Assembly (NCBI GenBank): GCA_902761575.1
Contig: CACWKU010000001.1
Coordinates: forward strand, 22,435-86,434
Direction of reading: 5' to 3'
Source: an uncultured bacterium
GTDB lineage: Bacteria; Verrucomicrobiota; Kiritimatiellia; RFP12; UBA3636
DNA: 64,000 nucleotides
Part shown: positions 43,645-50,409 of the stretch, piece after piece
How positions within the stretch are numbered: the stretch's first letter is position 1
How the letters are laid out: every line of letters starts with the position of its first letter
The notes under the pieces: generated by a model
The model's database searches: none
Told to the model about the DNA's origin: nothing
Seen by the model: only the letters and a program-made list of their open reading frames with translations
Program-made: the position numbers and the translations under genes

Positions 43645-46467
43645 CTATGGCGCCGGATGGATGCGGTAGAGGTGGCGGTAGTGCCCGGGATAGAAGTCGG
43701 CGAAGGAGCCGTCCGCGAGCGGGAGGGTGCGGTTCTCGTAGAGGACCTCGACGGTGCCGGCGCGCGGGGCGTCGGGCGGGAGCGTGAAGGTCACGGCCTC
43801 GAGCGGGTCGGCGTCGATGTTGCACGAGAAGATATACCAGTCGTCGCCGCACTTCGAGGTGCGGTGGCGGAGGAGGTCCGGCCCGACAGAGGCGCGCGCG
43901 GGCTCGCAGACCTCCTCGCTCAGGATCTTGTCCTTGAGCTCCTGTGCCTCGCGGTTGAAGTCGACCATCGCGCGCCAGTTCGCCTCGGAGCCGACCATGT
44001 TCACGAACCACGTGACGCCGGAGCAGCCGGCGCAGATCGCGCCCCAGCACTGCGCGGTCTGCTCGGCGTAGGAGGGCTGCTTGTAGTGGATCGAGTTCAT
44101 CCCCGCGAGGAAGAACCAGCACGGGACGCCCTCGCGCGCCTTGAGCATCTCGTCGACGTTGCGCAGGATCTGGTCGACGGTGCCGAACTCGGCGGCGGTG
44201 AGATAGGCGTCGAGCATGAAGACGTCGGTCCGCAGGTCGGCGAACCGGCTCGGGAAGCCGAACGTCGTGTTGTTCATCTGCACCGGCGTGTAGGGATAGT
44301 GCCTCTTCTCCTCGATCATGAAGTCGCGCACCTCGTCGCTCGGGCGGGAGAGCTCGGGCTCGTCGGTCGCGACGCGGCTCACGATGTTGTCGAAGTCCTT
44401 CAGCCGCTCGCGCGTCTCGGCGCGCGTCTCGGTGGCGCCGTCGCGGTCGCCCGTCCAGAGGATGAAGTCCATCCCGATCTTCCGCCCGTACTCGAGCATC
44501 GCGATCGTCCGGTCGGTGCCCGCCTTGTCGGAGAAGGTGCAGACGTGCGCGTAGCGGAAGCCGCGCGCCTTCATCGCGTCGAGCATCGCGAAGCGGCCGT
44601 CCTCGCGGGGCGGGTTCTCGCGGACGACGAGGCAGTTGGCCGCCATCAGGACCTTCTCCCCTCCCCTCTCGAGGCAGCGCGCGAAGCGGTTGATCTGCGT
44701 GGCGCCCCTCCAGTACGGGAGCTTCACGACCTCGACGGGCCAGTCGCGGCCGTGCGCGCGGACCGTGACGGCGTTCGTGCCGCAGGGCATGCCGCGGATG
44801 TCGAGCGCGACCTCCTCGAGGCGGCCCTCCTCGTCCCAGATGCGCCAGCGCGCCTCGGGCTCGCGCATGTAGAAGTCGAGGCGGCCGAGGACGACCGGCT
44901 CCGGCGCGGCCTTCTTCGCGGCGGCGGCGCGCGCCCACTTCGCGTGGACCTCGGGCGGCAGGTCGAGCGAGGCCCAGAAGGCGTCGTCGCGGAAGTCGCC
45001 GTTCTTGGAGTAGGAGGTCCCGGGGCACTGCGGGTTCTCCCCGTGGCGGTCGTTGCGGCCGAGGTTGAAGAGCCAGTGCGCGTCCATGCCGCGCTCCGCG
45101 AGGTCCGCGAAGGGGACGGTGACGAGGTACTCGACCGCGCCGCCCGCGTCGCGCGCCTGCACGGTCCAGGAGCCGTCCCAGGTCTTGTCCTCGCCGTAGG
45201 CGTCGGCGCGGCAGCCGTTCGGCGCGCAGAAGAGGTGGTAGTTCTTCTTCTCCTCCGTCGGGCGCAGCAGCACCTCCACGGAGTCGCGGATGCAGATCTC
45301 GGTCGCGTCCTTGAAGTAGGGCGCGTGGCCGATCTCCGCGGGATCCTCGCCGAAGTTGCGGAAGCCGATGTAGAGGCGGTCGTCGTCGCACGCGAGGAAG
45401 GCCTGCGTGCGCTGGACCGGCTCCTCGCGCTTCACGTAGAACCGGCCGGCGTCGGCCGCGTGAGCCTCCCACGAGGAAAGATCGACGGTGGGCCGCACGC
45501 CCGCGGGGAGCTTTTTCACCCGAACGGTCGGCGGGCGCTCCGCCTTCTCCTGCCGCCCGAAGCGCGTGGCGTCGAGGTCGCTCGGACGCCACTGCGTCGC
45601 CGCGTCGCCGAACTCGAGCTGGAGGTCGTCGAGCCAGATGCAGCCGTCGTAGCGCGACGGATTTCGCACCTCGAACTGGACGGGGCTGAAGAGGCCTGGC
45701 GCCGGCATGTTCGTCGTCGCGAGCTCGTAGCGGGCCCACTCGGTCGAGAGCGCGAACGTGCGCCGCTCGGGGCCGAGCGACACGGTGATCTCCATCCCGG
45801 GCCTCTCCGCCTTCATCCAGCCCGAGAACACCCCGTGGGCACCCTTGCGCGTCGCCGTGCGCCACGGGTAGAACGACACGTTCGCGCAGTACGGCCGCAC
45901 CGCGAGGCGGAACGACTGCCTGCCCGAGTGCTTCTCCGCGGTGTCCACCGCGAAGCCCTTCGTCCACTCCTCGTACTCCGCGCCGCCGTAGTGGCGCCAG
46001 TCGAACGCGCCGCGGTTGCAGAAATAGGGCGGGACGCCGTCCTCGTCGAACTCGAAGCCGGAGTTCACGATGAGGTTCGGCGAGGCGTCGGCGTCCTCCG
46101 GGAGCGAGACCACGACGTCGTCGATCAGGCGCGGGGCCGCGCCCCGCGCCTCGAAGACGACGGCCGGGCTCTTCGCCCGCTCGCGCTCCTCGCGGCGAGG
46201 CGCGCGCTCCTCGCCCTCGACCCACTCCAGGACGTATTTCTCGGGCACGGCGCCGCGCCACGTCGCCTTCGCGCCGGGCGAGACGACGAGCCGGCCGCCC
46301 TCGCTGCGGATCTCGCCGTCCGCGCGCCAGTGCTCGGCGAGCGTCTGGCTCGTGGCGAAGTCGTCGGAGAAGACGGAGATCCCGGCCGCCGGAGCGGACG
46401 GCGCGGCCGCGGCCGCGAGCAGGACGAGGGCCGCCGGGAGGCGGGCGTTCCGGAAAGTCGCTTTCAT
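43645..46467 (-). CDS. 940-aa secreted putative glycoside hydrolase of unrecognised family with CBM4/9-like domain; paralog of 36598..39927
   Basis: Track ORF with a signal peptide. Shared C-terminal catalytic-like domain and central NSGFEFD.DGVP..CNR...VDTAE.HSG.QS.RL module. Confidence 0.55.
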   Translation of the reverse strand: MKATFRNARLPAALVLLAAAAAPSAPAAGISVFSDDFATSQTLAEHWRADGEIRSEGGRLVVSPGAKATWRGAVPEKYVLEWVEGEERAPRREERERAKSPAVVFEARGAAPRLIDDVVVSLPEDADASPNLIVNSGFEFDEDGVPPYFCNRGAFDWRHYGGAEYEEWTKGFAVDTAEKHSGRQSFRLAVRPYCANVSFYPWRTATRKGAHGVFSGWMKAERPGMEITVSLGPERRTFALSTEWARYELATTNMPAPGLFSPVQFEVRNPSRYDGCIWLDDLQLEFGDAATQWRPSDLDATRFGRQEKAERPPTVRVKKLPAGVRPTVDLSSWEAHAADAGRFYVKREEPVQRTQAFLACDDDRLYIGFRNFGEDPAEIGHAPYFKDATEICIRDSVEVLLRPTEEKKNYHLFCAPNGCRADAYGEDKTWDGSWTVQARDAGGAVEYLVTVPFADLAERGMDAHWLFNLGRNDRHGENPQCPGTSYSKNGDFRDDAFWASLDLPPEVHAKWARAAAAKKAAPEPVVLGRLDFYMREPEARWRIWDEEGRLEEVALDIRGMPCGTNAVTVRAHGRDWPVEVVKLPYWRGATQINRFARCLERGGEKVLMAANCLVVRENPPREDGRFAMLDAMKARGFRYAHVCTFSDKAGTDRTIAMLEYGRKIGMDFILWTGDRDGATETRAETRERLKDFDNIVSRVATDEPELSRPSDEVRDFMIEEKRHYPYTPVQMNNTTFGFPSRFADLRTDVFMLDAYLTAAEFGTVDQILRNVDEMLKAREGVPCWFFLAGMNSIHYKQPSYAEQTAQCWGAICAGCSGVTWFVNMVGSEANWRAMVDFNREAQELKDKILSEEVCEPARASVGPDLLRHRTSKCGDDWYIFSCNIDADPLEAVTFTLPPDAPRAGTVEVLYENRTLPLADGSFADFYPGHYRHLYRIHPAP

Positions 46468-46497
46468 CGGGTGCGTTCCATCGGTTGTCTGCGGAAC

Positions 46498-46555
46498 ATC
46501 CTACCACACCGTCCCGAGGGGCGGCTAGGTACGCCGGGGCCTGAAAGCGGTAAAA
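46498..46555 (-). promoter_or_regulatory. promoter of 43645..46467: -10 TAGGAT plus upstream TTTTACCGCTTTC element
   Basis: rc ATCCTA at 46498-46503. Element CGGTAAAA at 46548-46555. Confidence 0.45.
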
Positions 46556-46566
46556 CCCCGCCGGCG

Positions 46567-47484
46567 TCAGACGACGAACGCCTTCTCCCAGCGGCGCGCG
46601 GTGTGGTCGCGGAAGAAGACGCCGTAGGACGCGCCGCCGTACCACTCGACGACCGCCGAGCGGATCGCGTTGCCGCGGCGGTTCTCGAGCGAGGCGACGT
46701 CGAACTGCGTGACCGCGGAGCCGTCGATCCCGGAGATCTGGCGCAGGCAGTCCTTGCCGCCCCACTGGAAGTCTCCGACGTGGCAGTGGCCGTAGAAGTG
46801 CGCGACGACGTTCTCCGGCAGCGGCAGCAGCGTCCCCATCAGGTCCGAGGCGCGGTTGCCGCCCGGGAAGGCGTAGTGGCTCATCGTGAAGACGGGCTTG
46901 CCGAGCGCGGCGATCGCCGCTCGCGCCCGCTCCGCGGCTCCGGGGTCGGGGTAGTCGATCCGGTTCTCGCCGTCGGTCGCGCCGCCGTGGACGCAGAACC
47001 ACGAGCCGTCCGGCGCGGCGTGGTCGGAGAAGATCGCGAGCGCCAGGTCGCCGAAGTCCGCGACGAGCAGCCAGTCGCGGACGGAGGGCGTCGTGTGCCA
47101 CTGCGTCTCCCGCAGGACGCGCTCCCGCATCGGGATCGTGACGCGCCCGCTTCCGCGGCCGCCGCCCCACCGGTGGTAGTCGAACTCGTGGTTGCCCATC
47201 GCGTACCAGACCGGCGCGTCGACCCGCGCGAGGGCCTCGACCTGCATGTCGGCCATCTCGCGCAGGTGCGCCGGATCGGTCCCCTCGGTCGTGTCGCCGA
47301 GGTAGCACACGGCGTCCACGGGAAGGCGCAGCGAGAGGAAGTCCTCCACGCCCGCGTGCATGCAGCGGCGGGCGTTCGCCGGATCGCGCTGCTGCAGGTC
47401 GGAGATGACCCAGAGGCGCCGGCGCGCGGGACGGAGCAGGCCCGCGCGGAAGTCCGCGGGCGGCGTGGCGGGGTGCGCGCTCAT
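46567..47484 (-). CDS. calcineurin-like metallophosphoesterase
   Basis: Start MSAHPATPP at 47482-47484 with ATGA overlap onto the upstream gene. Motifs GDTTEGTD, GNHEFD, GHCHVG. Confidence 0.65.
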   Translation of the reverse strand: MSAHPATPPADFRAGLLRPARRRLWVISDLQQRDPANARRCMHAGVEDFLSLRLPVDAVCYLGDTTEGTDPAHLREMADMQVEALARVDAPVWYAMGNHEFDYHRWGGGRGSGRVTIPMRERVLRETQWHTTPSVRDWLLVADFGDLALAIFSDHAAPDGSWFCVHGGATDGENRIDYPDPGAAERARAAIAALGKPVFTMSHYAFPGGNRASDLMGTLLPLPENVVAHFYGHCHVGDFQWGGKDCLRQISGIDGSAVTQFDVASLENRRGNAIRSAVVEWYGGASYGVFFRDHTARRWEKAFVV

Positions 47485-48212
47485 TTCGACTTCCTCCGGT
47501 AGAGCGCGGCCGGACGGTGCCCCGCGCCGCCGCGCACGCCGCCCGCCGGCTCGACGAACGGTCGGATCTTGCGGCGGAAGTTCGCGGGGTCGTCGGCCGA
47601 GAGCCCGAACGCCAGGAAGACCTCGCGCAGCTCGGCGAGCGTGAAGGTCCGTGGCACGAACGCGAAGGCCAGGTCGCGCGCGGCGTCCGGCCCGCGCAGC
47701 CGCGCGAGCGCGCCGGCGAGGATCTCGTCGTGGTCGAAGGCGAGCCGGCGCCCCGGCTCCGCGAGCTCGCGCCATTCGGCGGCCGCGGCGTCGTCGCCGC
47801 CGCGCACGCCCTCGGCGCCCGCCGTGACGATGCACAGATACGGGCAGGAGAGGATCCACCCGCGCGGGTCGCGCCCGGGCTTGCTCCGCGGCGCGAGCGG
47901 AACGAGCGCGCTCGCCTCGAGGCCCGTCTCCTCGCGCAGCTCGCGCCGCGCGCACTCCTCCAGCGACTCGCCGGGCTGGAGGAACCCGCCCGGCAGCGCC
48001 CAGCGCCCCTTGAAGGGATGCCCGCCGCGCCTCACGAGCAGGATCGCGGCGCGGCGGCGCTCCGGCGCGCGCCAGTTGCCCGTCGGCTCGCAGCGCAGCG
48101 TGAGCGCGACGATGTCCGCCGCGACCGACGGCCGCGGGTACTTCTCGAGACTGTAGTGGGCGAGGAAGCTCGCCTCGTCGTCCAACGCGGATGGCTTGTC
48201 GTTCTTCTTCAT
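47481..48212 (-). CDS. nrtR: Nudix hydrolase-domain transcriptional regulator, NrtR-like (Nudix box plus C-terminal winged-helix-like tail)
   Basis: Track ORF. Nudix box GGFLQPGESLEECARRELREETGL. C-terminal FTLAELREVFL...NFRRKIRPFV. Confidence 0.55.
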   Translation of the reverse strand: MKKNDKPSALDDEASFLAHYSLEKYPRPSVAADIVALTLRCEPTGNWRAPERRRAAILLVRRGGHPFKGRWALPGGFLQPGESLEECARRELREETGLEASALVPLAPRSKPGRDPRGWILSCPYLCIVTAGAEGVRGGDDAAAAEWRELAEPGRRLAFDHDEILAGALARLRGPDAARDLAFAFVPRTFTLAELREVFLAFGLSADDPANFRRKIRPFVEPAGGVRGGAGHRPAALYRRKSK

Positions 48213-48228
48213 CGGCGCAGGGCCTCCG

Positions 48229-48756
48229 CTAGACGATGTCGCACTGGATCGAGCCGAGGACCGCCAGCGCGTGGACCTTCAGCTCCGGCGTCACGTCCGC
48301 CGTGGCGTCCGCGTGGACGACGATCGTCGCGTCCGGGAACCGCGCGCGCAGGATCGCCGCGTTGGAGAGGACGCAGATCGACGTGCATACGCCGCAGAGG
48401 TGCAGCTCCGCCGGCTCGTCGCCGATCCGCGCCGCGAGCGCGTCCGCGAGCGCGAAGCTGCCGAACGTGGGCTTGTCCACGACGATCGCGCCCGGCGCCT
48501 CCGCGAAGGACCGCAGCGCCGGCGCGATCTGCCAGCCGTCCGTCCCCTCGAGGCAGTGCGGGACCGGGAGCTTGCGCCCCTCGAGCGTGGAGGTGTAGTT
48601 TTCGTGGTGCGTGTCGCGCGTGAACGCGACGGCGTCCCACCCGCCCTGCGCGAGCAGCGCGCGGACGGGCTCCGCCGACGCCGCGCATTCGGCGTTCCCG
48701 AGGCTTCCCGTGAGGAAGTCGTTCTGCATGTCGATGACGACGAGGATCTTTTTCAT
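48229..48756 (-). CDS. pncA: nicotinamidase/pyrazinamidase (isochorismatase-family cysteine hydrolase)
   Basis: Start MKKILVVIDMQNDF at 48754-48756. Catalytic Cys context CGVCTSICV. Confidence 0.6.
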   Translation of the reverse strand: MKKILVVIDMQNDFLTGSLGNAECAASAEPVRALLAQGGWDAVAFTRDTHHENYTSTLEGRKLPVPHCLEGTDGWQIAPALRSFAEAPGAIVVDKPTFGSFALADALAARIGDEPAELHLCGVCTSICVLSNAAILRARFPDATIVVHADATADVTPELKVHALAVLGSIQCDIV

Positions 48757-48809
48757 GGGTTGAAGGGGCTGTCCTTTCGTGGTTCGGGGTGGTTTGTGTT
48801 CAACGCGTA

Positions 48810-48841
48810 CTGATACTATCAAAAATGAATTATCAGGTCAA
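48810..48841 (-). promoter_or_regulatory. pncA-nrtR operon promoter TTGACC-N17-TAGTAT overlapped by the palindrome CTGATA-N15-TATCAG (candidate NrtR operator)
   Basis: rc GGTCAA at 48836-48841 and rc ATACTA at 48813-48818. Palindrome 48810-48836 sits in a local AT-rich patch. Confidence 0.5.
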
Positions 48842-48943
48842 GCAAGAAATTGTACCATCCGCTCCGTGCCCTCCCCGTGCCCCTCGCTCGCCCCGCGCCG
48901 GGTCGGCGGTGGTCGTAGCTCGCATCGCTCGGTCCCGAAAACC

Positions 48944-49025
48944 AACAAACTCCCGAGTGTTTATTCAACAAACTCCCGAACGATTCTTCAACAAACTCCC
49001 GGACGAAATTTCAACAAACTCCCGA
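48944..49025 (+). repeat. four direct repeats of CAACAAACTCCCGA (period 22-23 bp) immediately upstream of the ATPase promoter
   Basis: Copies at 48944, 48967, 48989 and 49012. The third copy ends in G. Confidence 0.85.
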
Positions 49026-49030
49026 ACAAC

Positions 49031-49059
49031 TTGACATTTCCTTAGATTTCTCATAGAAT
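49031..49059 (+). promoter_or_regulatory. near-consensus sigma70 promoter TTGACA-N17-TAGAAT for the COG1373 ATPase gene; no Shine-Dalgarno site
   Basis: TTGACA at 49031-49036, 17-nt spacer, TAGAAT at 49054-49059, ATG at 49068. Confidence 0.6.
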
Positions 49060-49067
49060 TCGCCACC

Positions 49068-50348
49068 ATGAAACGGTACGCGAAGAGAGTGGCGGATAGT
49101 TTGCTCGCCCGAAAGCTCCAAGGGCTAGGCGCCGTTCTCGTCCAAGGGGCCAAATGGTGCGGCAAGACAACGACCTGCGAACAGGTCGCCAAGAGCGTTC
49201 TGTACATGGGCGACCCGAAGAAGCGCAAGGAGAATCTGGAGATGGCGTCGATCGACGTCACATCGCTTCTGGAGGGTGCGAAGCCAAGGCTCATCGACGA
49301 ATGGCAGGTCGCACCCGTGTTTTGGGACGCGATCCGCCACGCGGTGGACCACGCCGACGGTCCGGGGCAGTTCATCCTGACCGGCAGCGTGGTTCCCCCG
49401 AAGACCGAGGAGAAGACCCATAGCGGGACGGGGCGGATCGCCCGTCTCACCATGCGCCCGATGACGCTCTGGGAAAGCGGTGAGTCGAGCGGAACGATCT
49501 CCCTCGCCGAACTGTTTTCGGGAACGGCCCCGGATAGCGCCCGCGCCATGGGGCGCGAACTGGAGGAGATCGCGTTCCTCGCCTGCCGGGGCGGATGGCC
49601 CCAGGCGGTCCTTCGGAAGGGCGACGTCGCCCTCGACCTCGCCTTCGACTACGTGGACTCGGTCGCGGACGAGGACATCTCGCGCGTGGACGATGTGAGG
49701 CGCGACCCCGCGCGCGCCCGACGCCTTCTGCGCTCCTACGCGCGGCTCCAGGGCTCTCAGGCGAACCTCAAGGCCATCAAGCTTGACATGGCGGGCGGCG
49801 GGATCGACGCCCCGGACGAGGACACCGTCGCCTCCTACCGCGGCGCCCTCGAAAAGCTCTTCGTCGTGGAAGACGTGCCGGCCTGGTGTCCGAACCTTCG
49901 GTGCCGGACCCCTATCCGCACGAGCGGCACGCGCTGCTTCGTCGACCCGTCCATCGCTGCGGCGTCCCTCGGTCTCGGCCCGGGCGGCCTGATGTCCGAC
50001 CTGACGACGTTCGGCTTTTTCTTCGAAACGCTGGCCGTCCGCGACCTTCGCGTCTACGCAGAAGCCCTGTCCGGGAGCGTCGCCCACTACCGTGACGCCT
50101 CCGGGCTCGAATGCGACGCCGTCATCCATCTCCGCAATGGCGCCTACGGTCTCGTCGAGGTCAAGCTCGGCGGCGACCGACTCGTTGCCGAAGGCGTGGA
50201 AACCCTCCTGGCCTTCTCAGGCAAGATCGACACCGACGCAATGAAGGCGCCGGCGTTCCGTATGGTCCTTACGGCCGTCGGCGACTATGCCTACCGTCGT
50301 CCGGCCGATGGCGTCTACGTCTGTCCCCTCTCCGCTCTCTGTCCCTGA
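49068..50348 (+). CDS. AAA+ ATPase of the COG1373 family (DUF4143 C-terminal domain)
   Basis: Track ORF. Walker A GAKWCGKTT. C-terminal ..YRDASGLECDAVI..GLVEVKLG block. GC is lower than the surrounding DNA. Confidence 0.75.
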   Translation: MKRYAKRVADSLLARKLQGLGAVLVQGAKWCGKTTTCEQVAKSVLYMGDPKKRKENLEMASIDVTSLLEGAKPRLIDEWQVAPVFWDAIRHAVDHADGPGQFILTGSVVPPKTEEKTHSGTGRIARLTMRPMTLWESGESSGTISLAELFSGTAPDSARAMGRELEEIAFLACRGGWPQAVLRKGDVALDLAFDYVDSVADEDISRVDDVRRDPARARRLLRSYARLQGSQANLKAIKLDMAGGGIDAPDEDTVASYRGALEKLFVVEDVPAWCPNLRCRTPIRTSGTRCFVDPSIAAASLGLGPGGLMSDLTTFGFFFETLAVRDLRVYAEALSGSVAHYRDASGLECDAVIHLRNGAYGLVEVKLGGDRLVAEGVETLLAFSGKIDTDAMKAPAFRMVLTAVGDYAYRRPADGVYVCPLSALCP

Positions 50349-50362
50349 TCCTAGCTCCGCGC

Positions 50363-50389
50363 CCGCCCCGTCGCTTCGCGCCGGGGCGG
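50363..50389. terminator. candidate bidirectional terminator hairpin CCGCCCCG-N11-CGGGGCGG between the convergent ATPase and ABC genes
   Basis: 8-bp GC stem lying within the 61-bp convergent spacer. Confidence 0.35.
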
Positions 50390-50409
50390 AGACGGTCGGA
50401 CGCGGCGCG

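Noticed and set aside
48944-49025. Possible CRISPR array from four evenly spaced repeats
   Set aside because: The repeats are only 14 nt with 8-9-nt spacers that are themselves similar. There is no cas gene, and a sigma70 promoter follows directly. This is more consistent with iterons or operator repeats.
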